This document shows positions 29,205 to 37,924 of a stretch of DNA of 64,000 bases, one piece after another (the stretch's first letter is position 1; the number at the start of each line of letters is the position of its first letter). The notes below the pieces were generated by a model. That model was not told the origin of the DNA, ran no database searches, and saw only the letters and a list, made by a program, of their open reading frames with translations. Origin of the DNA: a virus (lineage: Duplodnaviria; Caudoviricetes); the IMG/VR virus record IMGVR_UViG_3300038673_000315, positions 5,412 through 69,411 of that record; one strand, written 5' to 3'. Made by a program: the position numbers and the translations under genes.

Positions 29205-29975
29205 TTAATCCTTTTTCCAGAATGCGTTCCATAATCCGAAAATAATCAATAGTACACCAATGAGATTGAGCCAAAAACCTTCAAGCATCATTGTATTGAA
29301 ATAATCATTCATGTCATGGTCAACCCCGATAAAGACATTGCTATATACATCTTCGTTGACAGGCGCAACTATCGACAGGTGAGAGCCAAACTCATCATTG
29401 TTGCGGATGTATTGGACGGTTTTTGAATGTATTACATCGACAAATCCATCCATGTTATCCGTTACGAATTCATAGCCACTGAAAATTTCGTCACCGTACA
29501 TCATGTCCGCATCAAGCACAAATATAAGTTTAGGAGAATTATCGGATTCCGGGAATACAGGCAGGTAAATATAAATATATTGTGTGCGCCCGATCTGATT
29601 GACGCCTTTGAGTATCAGAATAAGTTTTTCAGCATCAGGGTTTTCCTTTATTAGCTTTTTAACATTTTGTGCAAGCTGCCGCCTTTGCGCATTATCATCA
29701 AGAGCGGCAAAAACTAATTCCTGATTAAGCATTAAATAATCATAAATAACATCAAGACCGGTATGATTTTTTTCTATCATCTCTCGTGAGTAAAGCATTG
29801 ATAGCATGAGTTTTGATTTTACATCTTCAATGCGCCCCTCACTGATTCGGTGCATCTGGATTCGGTGGATTGTAACCATTGCCATAGTCACAATCAAAAG
29901 CATAAAAACAAGATTGCCAAAAGTTTTGAAAAAGCGTGTGATTTGAAACTTGTGTTTCCAGAACCATTTTTGCAT
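29205..29975 (-). CDS. Membrane protein with extracytoplasmic Cache/PDC-like sensor domain and no output domain
   Basis: TM near each end; YIYIY..IFVLD..DEFGSHLSIVAPV..FIGVD pattern of Cache-type sensors. Confidence 0.5.
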   Translation of the reverse strand: MQKWFWKHKFQITRFFKTFGNLVFMLLIVTMAMVTIHRIQMHRISEGRIEDVKSKLMLSMLYSREMIEKNHTGLDVIYDYLMLNQELVFAALDDNAQRRQLAQNVKKLIKENPDAEKLILILKGVNQIGRTQYIYIYLPVFPESDNSPKLIFVLDADMMYGDEIFSGYEFVTDNMDGFVDVIHSKTVQYIRNNDEFGSHLSIVAPVNEDVYSNVFIGVDHDMNDYFNTMMLEGFWLNLIGVLLIIFGLWNAFWKKD

Positions 29976-29979
29976 ATCG

Positions 29980-30483
29980 TTACCCCTTTTTAATCAGAAT
30001 AGAACCGCATGAATTTTTAGCCCTGTTTTCACAATATTCAAATTCATCATCGAGAACACCAGAAAGCGGGAAAATCATAGTAAACCTGATATTATTCTTT
30101 TTGACCGCATCTGCGCACACATACCTGATTGCATCCCTTGTCGTATCGTTAAACGTCACGGCACGGGTAAAGTCAAACACCAGTGTTTTTCTTTGTAATC
30201 TTGCCTGCTGCAACTGTTCAAGGAATACTGCTTGCAGCTCGAACAGATTGTCAACAATAATCGTTTCTTTGTATATAATCTTGTATTCCTGCTCAAGACT
30301 GATGGAGTCAATATTTAATTTTGCCTTTATCTTGTCCGTGCGAAAGATTGCACTCCAAAGACTTATTATTTTATCCACTGCGTTTATCTTTTTGAATACC
30401 ACTCCCAGAAAAGTGATAAACCCAAAAAGAATAGTATAGAAAACGCTCTGTGAGTCAACTGTAAGCAATGACGAAATATCCAT
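29980..30483 (-). CDS. Membrane-anchored STAS-like protein
   Basis: N-terminal TM; LVFDFTRAVTFNDTTRDAI resembles the STAS core. Confidence 0.45.
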   Translation of the reverse strand: MDISSLLTVDSQSVFYTILFGFITFLGVVFKKINAVDKIISLWSAIFRTDKIKAKLNIDSISLEQEYKIIYKETIIVDNLFELQAVFLEQLQQARLQRKTLVFDFTRAVTFNDTTRDAIRYVCADAVKKNNIRFTMIFPLSGVLDDEFEYCENRAKNSCGSILIKKG

Positions 30484-30917
30484 TAACCGCCTCTCTTTTT
30501 GACGCCACCCAATCGGTCAGCCCAATTCTCTGGAAATCTATTGTAATAACCTGACCGCAACTTCGGGAAAATACGGCAGGCAATGACATTCAATGACGAT
30601 GGAATACCAACAATAAAAAGATAAAGCCAGCCAAGATAAAAACTCTGTATCGTATGGCCGTATTCGTGTTTTATTAAGGTGCGGTCCTGCGAACATCCAG
30701 ACTTGACAATGATTATTCTACCGCACGACACCCCACGCGCCCAAAAATAATCAGTTTCGTATATTACCGCCTGTTTGTATTCACACATAAAATCACAAAT
30801 CAGCAATTCACAAAGAATAGAGCCAATCAATTCTTGTGGAAAACACCACAAAGAAAAAAACAGTTTTTTCATTAGTTTCAACATTTTCACTTTACCACTT
30901 TTGTCAAGATTTTTCAA
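30483..30917 (-). CDS. Membrane zinc-metalloprotease-like protein
   Basis: LIKHEYGHTIQS HExxH motif, hydrophobic segments, downstream E.WAD.LGG. Confidence 0.65.
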   Translation of the reverse strand: MKNLDKSGKVKMLKLMKKLFFSLWCFPQELIGSILCELLICDFMCEYKQAVIYETDYFWARGVSCGRIIIVKSGCSQDRTLIKHEYGHTIQSFYLGWLYLFIVGIPSSLNVIACRIFPKLRSGYYNRFPENWADRLGGVKKRGG

Positions 30918-31153
30918 ATGCCCATTATTTTTTTTATAGACGCTTTGGTTATCTCCATTACTTTTGACGGTGCAATACCTATTATTTTATGAGTCCAGCC
31001 GGAAATATCGGGAAATGTTACTACTATCGCACCGGGGGCACACCCCCGATAGCAGGCGAAACATATCAGTTGATACCAGAACCACCAACACCAAGAGCTG
31101 CATCATCCCCCGTACTTGTCAAATCACCACCATATCTTCTTTATCGTGTTCAT
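30914..31153 (-). pseudogene. 80-codon ORF interrupted by two in-frame TGA codons
   Basis: ATGA overlap with the OMPLA stop and TTGA overlap with the next start, both in the same frame. MNTIKKIWW*FDKYGG*CSSWCWWFWYQLICFACYRGCAPGAIVVTFPDISGWTHKIIGIAPSKVMEITKASIKKIMGI*. Confidence 0.45.
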
Positions 31154-32058
31154 AGCGATAATCCGCCCCTGATTGCAGTTTCCCGTTTGTCGTAATCAAG
31201 CATCGTTGAGCTGTAACCGTGTGTCAACTGCATAAATATTTTTGGCTGAAAACCGAGACAGTCAAGCACCGCAACAGACAAACCGGCTTCCACCCACGGC
31301 ACGCTGAAATTTACATGACTGTAAATAGTGCGCTCTTTACGTGATCCGGAAAACCCAGCCTTGCAATATGCCTCGAACGTTTTCCAGTAATTGGATCGCA
31401 GGAAAAGTTTGCATTCAGTCCTGCCTATGTAATCAAAATAATCTGCATTTTTTCCGCTGACGGAAAACGGAAAATAATATTTGCCATACAGACCTGCTTC
31501 GATTTTACCGTGTGTTGCTAATTGTCCGTCCATGTAATAGTAATTGATTGACCGGCTTTCCTCTCCGTCACGTCCGTTGGATTTATGCCGTACACCAGCG
31601 CCGCCGAAAATATTATGCCATTGCGGACGTAAAAAAAGCTCAGGGCTGTGGTTGTAATCATAAAATGGTGCGCTGTCTTTATCAATGTCCCAGATACAGG
31701 TTTCAGTGTAGCCTGAGAAAAGCGGGATGCTGTACGGATAGAACAACTTGTATTTTACCGACAACTGAAATCTGACCATGTGGTCAAGCTCTGACGCGCC
31801 GGCTGTAAAATAATTGTCCTCGTGCGCCGAAAGTCCGGCAAATTCGGCAGCGCGTGCCGGTGTGGCAATTGCAAGTATGAGGCATAATGTGGCGATTGTT
31901 TTGGCGACGTCAGCTTTCGATCTTTGACGCCATTCCTCTTGTTTGCCCTTGTTTGCCTGCCCCATCGGACGAAAATAACCGACGACCCGCGTCCATACCT
32001 CGCACGGGATTTTTTTTGTCCGCTGCTGGTCGTGTACTGTATCAATTAGGCTGCTCAT
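31150..32058 (-). CDS. pldA: Outer-membrane phospholipase A (OMPLA/PldA family) with N-terminal NrdD-like peptide
   Basis: Catalytic HKSNG..SRSIN (cf. HDSNG..SRSWN), VRFQLSVK, APFYDYNHSPELF and C-terminal HGYSSTMLDYD...GGLSL. Signal-like KTIATLCLILAIATPARA. N-terminal CEVWTRVVGYFRP..ANKGKQEEW. Confidence 0.85.
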   Translation of the reverse strand: MSSLIDTVHDQQRTKKIPCEVWTRVVGYFRPMGQANKGKQEEWRQRSKADVAKTIATLCLILAIATPARAAEFAGLSAHEDNYFTAGASELDHMVRFQLSVKYKLFYPYSIPLFSGYTETCIWDIDKDSAPFYDYNHSPELFLRPQWHNIFGGAGVRHKSNGRDGEESRSINYYYMDGQLATHGKIEAGLYGKYYFPFSVSGKNADYFDYIGRTECKLFLRSNYWKTFEAYCKAGFSGSRKERTIYSHVNFSVPWVEAGLSVAVLDCLGFQPKIFMQLTHGYSSTMLDYDKRETAIRGGLSL

Positions 32059-32272
32059 TGCTGCTGCTCCTGTTGTTTATGCGTTTCTCCCAATTACCAA
32101 GACCGATTAAACCGGCAATAAAACCCATTGCGCCAAGTGCAAACGTGTCCGATATGTACGCGACACCGATAATTTTTTGCACGACCACAACGGCTATAAG
32201 CACCAAAAAAAGCCGGATAAAAAATGACTTTGACAGCCAGCCGAAGCGGAGAAAGCGTTTTATTGTATTCAT
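32042..32272 (-). CDS. Holin-like protein (2 TM)
   Basis: Start MNTIKRF at 32272 (ATGA overlap with the M23 stop); two TM helices, polar tail. Confidence 0.65.
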   Translation of the reverse strand: MNTIKRFLRFGWLSKSFFIRLFLVLIAVVVVQKIIGVAYISDTFALGAMGFIAGLIGLGNWEKRINNRSSSNEQPN

Positions 32273-32703
32273 GCGCTTGCCTTTGTGAGTAGTATCATCG
32301 GGTCGATGGTTTGCCATGCGGAATTATAGACAGACAGGTGCAGATGTGCGCCGAATGAATACCCAACGTCGGCATAATTGCCGATCATGTCTCCGCATTT
32401 GACGTGATTGCCAACACTGACGACGTTTTTGGCAAGGTGGACGTACTTGCTAAAATAAATTTGTCCGTCGATAAGGTGTTGCAATATAATATAATTGCCC
32501 GCAGCAGACTCGCTTGTCAGATCCCAACGGGCCGCCTCGACGTAATGGTCAAAATCATAAATGCACAGCCCGTCAGCGATTGCACACACTGCGTCAATAT
32601 TGCCAATGCAGTCGACGCCGTCGTGGAATTGCCAGACACCGTTAAGGTTGCGTTGCCCGTATGGGCTGGTAATGGTAAAGCCTTTGACCGGTAGATGTAT
32701 CAT
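32269..32703 (-). CDS. M23 family peptidase (endolysin)
   Basis: HDGVD (HxxxD) and HLH (HxH) motifs; TSPYGQR N-terminus. Confidence 0.88.
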   Translation of the reverse strand: MIHLPVKGFTITSPYGQRNLNGVWQFHDGVDCIGNIDAVCAIADGLCIYDFDHYVEAARWDLTSESAAGNYIILQHLIDGQIYFSKYVHLAKNVVSVGNHVKCGDMIGNYADVGYSFGAHLHLSVYNSAWQTIDPMILLTKASA

Positions 32704-33153
32704 TTACTTACCGCCTTGCAATAATATTTCGCGGATTACTGACCATGCTATCATGCCAAGCACTCCAATAGCTGCGCCCATCGCCCAAAGTCTGTCTGTT
32801 TTTGACATGCTGTCAATTTTTAATTCGACATCACGTATGATTTCGTCGCGACGTTTATCGCAAAACGTCTCGCGTGCGGCTTTGTCGCTCCGGTAATGGT
32901 CGTTAGCCTTTGTTATTTCTACATCAAGCTCGTCTGATGCGAGCTTAAACCTTTCGTCAGTTTTTGCCATGTATTGCATCACGTGATCGCGGAATAATGC
33001 AAATTCTGTTTGCATTTTTACCATGTTCTCACTGCTGACGCGGTTCTCGTGGACAAGCTCGTCCACTTCTCGCTTGATTTCTGATATTTTCTTGTCGAGG
33101 AATGCTTCTAATTTGCAAAACATATCCTCGACTGACATCTCATGCGGTGGCAA
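32704..33153 (-). CDS. Coiled-coil protein with C-terminal TM (lysis-associated, putative)
   Basis: Helical, with WAMGAAIGVLGMIAWSVI TM; directly before M23. Confidence 0.5.
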   Translation of the reverse strand: MPPHEMSVEDMFCKLEAFLDKKISEIKREVDELVHENRVSSENMVKMQTEFALFRDHVMQYMAKTDERFKLASDELDVEITKANDHYRSDKAARETFCDKRRDEIIRDVELKIDSMSKTDRLWAMGAAIGVLGMIAWSVIREILLQGGK

Positions 33154-33158
33154 TGGGG

Positions 33159-33974
33159 TTACTCCTCGTAAAATATTGTTATTGCAAATGGCTTAGACAA
33201 TATGTTTTCGCTGTTTGTTGCGTGGTTTATAACAGAAAATCCAGTATTTGAGACGTAACAATGAACTTCAAAACCCTGATTGCCTGCGGTACCTGGCTTA
33301 TATCCAAACGGCATGACAGTTGTTGCGTCTACATATATCGCTCCGGTAAAACTTATAATTTTCGATGCCGTTAGTCCATGGGTCACAGATGTTGTGCCAC
33401 CCTCTGTGCTTGCTGTCGTCCCAGTTAGCTTTTTCATCTTGATTGCCGGCGCAGACTCTCCAAGCCGTGTGAATCCTGACATGTTGGCGTCTGTAAAGTT
33501 TGTTTGTCCAAGAGTTTCAGAAAGCAGGGCTTCGACTTCATAAACCTTTATCACGGCTCTATAATATGCTGTTGTTCCAATACCCTTGCTTCTGAATTCT
33601 AATGTTGTATCAACTGATGGTGCTATTATTGCCTCTGATATAGTAGTGTTTCCAGCTGATAGAGTGCTATTTGCTGGAAGTATTACACTCTCACCTCCTA
33701 TATATGCAGATGTAGTAACATTATATATCTGACAGACAATATAATCCGCTGATGCTGCATCAATATGTATCTCCGCCCTAATACTGTACTTTTTACCGGC
33801 TTTGCATACTATTTGTGTTGCTGATGCTATTGATATTGAATCACTATCATTAAAAACAGTTGCTGTGGCAATCTGAAAGGCTCCCCCAGACGAGACAGTT
33901 CCAGCTGCATACCCGCGCTGGAAGATTGCAGTTCCTTTTTTTTGATATTGAGGGCTCTTAACTAATCCCGCCAT
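33159..33974 (-). CDS. Fibre-associated / receptor-binding protein (putative)
   Basis: 271 aa beta-rich; C-terminal AIKMKKLTGTT..EGGT.SVTHGL..KIIS module; N-terminus MAGL(V/I)K shared with the collar gene. Confidence 0.45.
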   Translation of the reverse strand: MAGLVKSPQYQKKGTAIFQRGYAAGTVSSGGAFQIATATVFNDSDSISIASATQIVCKAGKKYSIRAEIHIDAASADYIVCQIYNVTTSAYIGGESVILPANSTLSAGNTTISEAIIAPSVDTTLEFRSKGIGTTAYYRAVIKVYEVEALLSETLGQTNFTDANMSGFTRLGESAPAIKMKKLTGTTASTEGGTTSVTHGLTASKIISFTGAIYVDATTVMPFGYKPGTAGNQGFEVHCYVSNTGFSVINHATNSENILSKPFAITIFYEE

Positions 33975-34194
33975 TATATTATACCTCGCAAGTATTCACG
34001 TGACCCTTCATAGGCTAATTCTTCAGTTTTGAATAAACCAACATCTCTACCATCACCACCAAGAGCCTTTACAGCTCTGGCCCTCCATCTGTTCTATTGT
34101 TTCCACCTCTTCCATCTCTGCGGAATAAAACTCCATCTACAAGTTTAAACGTATCTTTTATGATATTTTCTTTGTTTTTTATTAGTTCAGCCAT
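33974..34194 (-). pseudogene. Remnant of HNH/AP2-type homing endonuclease
   Basis: N-terminal MAELIKNKENIIKDTFKLVDGVLFRRDG, then a stop. Another frame gives AVKALGGDGRDVGLFKTEELAYEG (AP2-like GLFxTEE) ending TAATG into the next gene. No HNH core remains. Confidence 0.45.
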
Positions 34195-34195
34195 A

Positions 34196-34463
34196 TTATG
34201 AAACCTTTATGATAAAATTTACGCCAACTGACGTTCCTGCCCCTGCTGGTGCTGCACCACGGAAGTCCGGAAGATTGAATGTTGTTGAACCGTCGCCTTC
34301 TCCGTATGTCGTGCCGATGATCGCGAACAAATTTCGCAAATGTACTACGGTTTACTGCCGTACCGTCACACATCGCCCAGCCTGAAGGGGCTGATGTTCC
34401 TGCAAACTGTTTTATTGTACCAACTGTTTCTGTCGGTGTTGATTTTTTTATCAATCCTGCCAT
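34196..34463 (-). pseudogene. Tail-collar domain protein, frameshifted and short
   Basis: VGTIKQFAGTSAPSGWAMCDG.AVNRSTFA; removing one base at 34332-34334 restores LFAIIGTTYGEGDGSTTFNLPDFRGAAPAGAGTSVGVNFIIKVS*. Confidence 0.75.
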
Positions 34464-34464
34464 T

Positions 34465-34773
34465 TTACAGCTCCAAATAATTTATTGTTGCTGTTACTTT
34501 ACCTGCGACATCACACAAGGCACTAATCACGCCAGAAGTTTCAAGCATCAATTTTTCGTTACCTGTCCAGATAAATGAATCAGTTGTCGGAATATCAAAT
34601 TTTGCTATTGTTGAACCATTGCCGGCACTTCCACCAGTCGGATAGGCGTAAAGTGTTACCGTTCTTGTCGCTGTATCTGCATTATAGAATATGATACTAA
34701 CAACAGCACTGTCTGTCGTTGCTGTTAAAATTGATGTTTCGGTTGCCGCTATAATTTGATTTTTTATTGCCAT
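34465..34773 (-). CDS. Small beta-sandwich virion protein (putative)
   Basis: 102 aa Thr/Ala/Val-rich; similar in type to 36818-37144. Confidence 0.45.
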   Translation of the reverse strand: MAIKNQIIAATETSILTATTDSAVVSIIFYNADTATRTVTLYAYPTGGSAGNGSTIAKFDIPTTDSFIWTGNEKLMLETSGVISALCDVAGKVTATINYLEL

Positions 34774-34777
34774 TTTT

Positions 34778-36814
34778 TTACCCCAACGCTATTGCGTATT
34801 TTATTGCTGAATTATCAACATATTTCTTATTTGGTATGTCGTTGTCAGCTGTTACGTTGTTTTCATAATTTGTAATTTCGGTTTGCAAAACGTCGTTTGT
34901 GGTATCTGCATTTAGCATTACAGTTGTTCCATCAGCCTTCGTGACCTGAAAAGCCGTCACGCTGTCTGCAAGCGGTACTATCTTTGTGTGATTACCGGCT
35001 GCGTCACGGTTTGCAAGGTCGTTATGATCCACTGCCCCAGAAGCAGATACAGCCTGACCCCATATTCGCGGCAAGGCAAAACCATTTACTGCATTTTTTT
35101 GAATGACAATCTTGCCGACATAAATACTTGACGCCTCGACGACTTCGGGCGCAATCGGCTTTAACTCATTCTCTGCTTCGAGCCTTGTATTGTATTGATT
35201 GCCGTGAATATATGATACAAGGTTGTCTTCTCCGGCAAATCTGAAGAAGTACTTCGCCACCCATTTGTTATTATTAAGTGTCTGTCTGGTTGTACCATCA
35301 CAGTAGTAGGTGCTATCATAGGCCGTGACATCGTCTTTCTGCCATACTCCGGCAGTTTTGTAAAATTCGCAGAGTTCGCCAGTTGCACCGGCTTTGTTTT
35401 CAGCGTGCATTGTCCTTGTTACACCGAAATATGTCATGCCCTGTGAAACAGTACTTATCCGTGTTGCAGCGGTCGAAAGAACCAAGCCTGAAAAACGCTC
35501 CGCGCCACGCAAAACAATGTCCTTGAAATAATGCTTGTCGGCAAGAGCAACACCGTATTCGTCATAGTTCATGACTGAAAGTTTTGTTCCGACACGAGAA
35601 ACACGAAAAATAGGTACAAGCCTACCATCGGCCTCAAATGTTGCTGGTGATTGAGTAATTTCAATTATTGGCGATCCGCCGCTATAATTTGCATAAACAT
35701 AGCTCACTAAAAAATCAGGGAAAGATAATGCTGTCGCCGCAGGGGTAATCTTTCGCACACAAACACTATTTCCGTCAGCAGTAGTGTAGAAATTTGCAAC
35801 ACCTGCGCCAATATCAAGAGTCCCATCGACATTACGATTATATGTTGGCAATACAACAACACCATGATAATTTATTGGTATAGTTCGTATATAATCAATG
35901 ACCGCCTGAACGCTTGCCCGTCCAGTTAAGGAAACAGAATCATTAAAAGTTGTTTTCTGCGCCGAAATAATTTCAGTCTCATTAACAACCCGTGACTGGT
36001 CAATTTCTGCCGTTTTGTATTTTTCGGCAATCCTTAACTGCCAAATAATCGAGACAGGAAACTCCGCCGGGGTTCTGTCGAGGACAAAATCTCCGTCTGC
36101 GCTGGTGAATGCTCCGGTAACGATGTTTCCATCGGAGTCTCTGGCTGGTTCGTCAACTGGTCTTCCGTTTGAATCAACTTTGACAACGAGACAATCTCCA
36201 GCATCTTCATACTGTCCGAAGACGATTGTTCCGTGTTCTGGTTTTCCAACATTGCCTGTGACGCCGCTTGTAATGAGCGTGAAAACTTCGTATTCATGTT
36301 CTGTGTCTCCCAGAAGTTCAAGTAATTCGTAAAGGTCTTTTGTTATCAATCCGCGATCAGTCCCGGCTGTAATATCAGGCAAAATAAGCCAGTGCTGCGC
36401 CTGAGTTTCTGAAGTGTTGCGGATTGATAAAATGGTATTCTCTGTAACGCCAGAGCGCAACAACTCCCAATCCGCAAAAATGTCATTATACCGATAAAGA
36501 GAAAGCGTGTCTTTTTGAAAAACCATTGCAGGGTATGGCGAAATGAGCGCGATCCGCTCCGCTTCGTCAGCGACATAATAAGGCTGCTCAAACAAAATAG
36601 AGTGAACGGCATCGTCAAGACCGTTTATCTGAAACGCTCCGACACTGGAATTTGTCGGCAACCACGCAATCGCCGCAGTGTCCCAATAGTAAAGCGAGCC
36701 TGTTTCAATGACAAAAACCACACCCAGAAAAGGGACAGGTAATGTGTCACGCTCTGCGATTGTTTCAACACTGAAAACAACAGAGTCCGCCCCACGGCTT
36801 CCAAAAATATACAT
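34778..36814 (-). CDS. Fibre / structural protein (putative)
   Basis: 678 aa mosaic beta-rich protein ending NDIPNKKYVD, a fibre-type motif. Confidence 0.5.
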   Translation of the reverse strand: MYIFGSRGADSVVFSVETIAERDTLPVPFLGVVFVIETGSLYYWDTAAIAWLPTNSSVGAFQINGLDDAVHSILFEQPYYVADEAERIALISPYPAMVFQKDTLSLYRYNDIFADWELLRSGVTENTILSIRNTSETQAQHWLILPDITAGTDRGLITKDLYELLELLGDTEHEYEVFTLITSGVTGNVGKPEHGTIVFGQYEDAGDCLVVKVDSNGRPVDEPARDSDGNIVTGAFTSADGDFVLDRTPAEFPVSIIWQLRIAEKYKTAEIDQSRVVNETEIISAQKTTFNDSVSLTGRASVQAVIDYIRTIPINYHGVVVLPTYNRNVDGTLDIGAGVANFYTTADGNSVCVRKITPAATALSFPDFLVSYVYANYSGGSPIIEITQSPATFEADGRLVPIFRVSRVGTKLSVMNYDEYGVALADKHYFKDIVLRGAERFSGLVLSTAATRISTVSQGMTYFGVTRTMHAENKAGATGELCEFYKTAGVWQKDDVTAYDSTYYCDGTTRQTLNNNKWVAKYFFRFAGEDNLVSYIHGNQYNTRLEAENELKPIAPEVVEASSIYVGKIVIQKNAVNGFALPRIWGQAVSASGAVDHNDLANRDAAGNHTKIVPLADSVTAFQVTKADGTTVMLNADTTNDVLQTEITNYENNVTADNDIPNKKYVDNSAIKYAIALG

Positions 36815-36817
36815 CGA

Positions 36818-37144
36818 TTAACGCTCCGCGCATTCAGTGTTTACATGGTTTACGGTCAAAGTCATTGCATCAGCAACCGAACATTTACCGAAAATCCTGT
36901 CACCGTTTTCAAGTTTAAGTTCTTCGCCCCCCTCACCGAACACAAGGGTTTTTCTTCCCGGCAAAGCCTGATTGCACAATATGCAGTTTCCTTCTCCGGG
37001 CTGCTTTCCGGCGGGTACAAGATAACACCACATTGAAATTTCACCGCCGGTCAAGTTTGAAAAAAACATTGTTTCAACTGTCCGGCTTCCATCGGCTTCA
37101 ACGATTAGAGTCGGTTCAGTGCCACATTTTCCAGAGTGTATCAT
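36818..37144 (-). CDS. Small beta-sandwich virion protein (putative)
   Basis: 108 aa; LKLENGDRIFG motif. Confidence 0.45.
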   Translation of the reverse strand: MIHSGKCGTEPTLIVEADGSRTVETMFFSNLTGGEISMWCYLVPAGKQPGEGNCILCNQALPGRKTLVFGEGGEELKLENGDRIFGKCSVADAMTLTVNHVNTECAER

Positions 37145-37147
37145 TTT

Positions 37148-37915
37148 TCAATTCTCCATAATGTCAAAAATATTTTCTGAGTCGGTGGCTGGTACGGATA
37201 TTGTCGCAAACTTCCGCAGCATACTATTACAAGTTGCATACACGTCATAAAAAACAGGATCACCGTCAAGACTTTTCATGTTTGCATTTTCGATTAGAGT
37301 TAATTCAGCCCTTCCATTTTCATCGACAACAAATGGTGCATCCGCTCCGCGCTTAATCATTACCGTGTTTTTATACTGCGCTATACCCTCATTTAATCGG
37401 CAGACAAACCGTGTCGCCCTGAGTGACGGATCAATTTCCCGAAAATCAAACCACACGCGGCAAGTCTGTATTTCTTCCGGGATAATTGAGACAGGGGAAT
37501 AATTTATTTCAAGACTTTCGAGTTCCGGAGTTCCCAAGCCGTCCGCAGAGTGCAGAAAACATGAAACGGTCAATTCTGTTTTTTCAGCAAAAACAAGTGC
37601 TGCAATGTTCGCAGTAATTTCATCGGCTGTATTTGATTGAGCGTATGAACCATCTGACACAACCCAAGACAAGCCATCGAACCACAAGCCGCAAAGGATG
37701 AATCTCAAAAAATAATCATCCGTCACAATTTGAGACACACTGAAACTGTTTATACCTTCAACAAAAACAGAAAAGGCAAGCGATACCACGGGATTATCCA
37801 TTGCGTACTCACCAGCCCCCAAGTCCTTCAGTGCAAGAGCCGTTCCGGTGTATTCAATTTTTTCAGCATCATAAACGGTGTCATCTTCAAAATCATCTAT
37901 AATCAGCTTAGGCAT
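37148..37915 (-). CDS. Virion structural protein (putative)
   Basis: 255 aa immediately downstream of portal. Confidence 0.45.
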   Translation of the reverse strand: MPKLIIDDFEDDTVYDAEKIEYTGTALALKDLGAGEYAMDNPVVSLAFSVFVEGINSFSVSQIVTDDYFLRFILCGLWFDGLSWVVSDGSYAQSNTADEITANIAALVFAEKTELTVSCFLHSADGLGTPELESLEINYSPVSIIPEEIQTCRVWFDFREIDPSLRATRFVCRLNEGIAQYKNTVMIKRGADAPFVVDENGRAELTLIENANMKSLDGDPVFYDVYATCNSMLRKFATISVPATDSENIFDIMEN

Positions 37916-37924
37916 TCCAAATCC

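Noticed and set aside
30914-31153. Genome-wide UGA recoding
   Set aside because: TGA terminates many genes here, including ATGA-coupled pairs, and long ORFs are intact under code 11.
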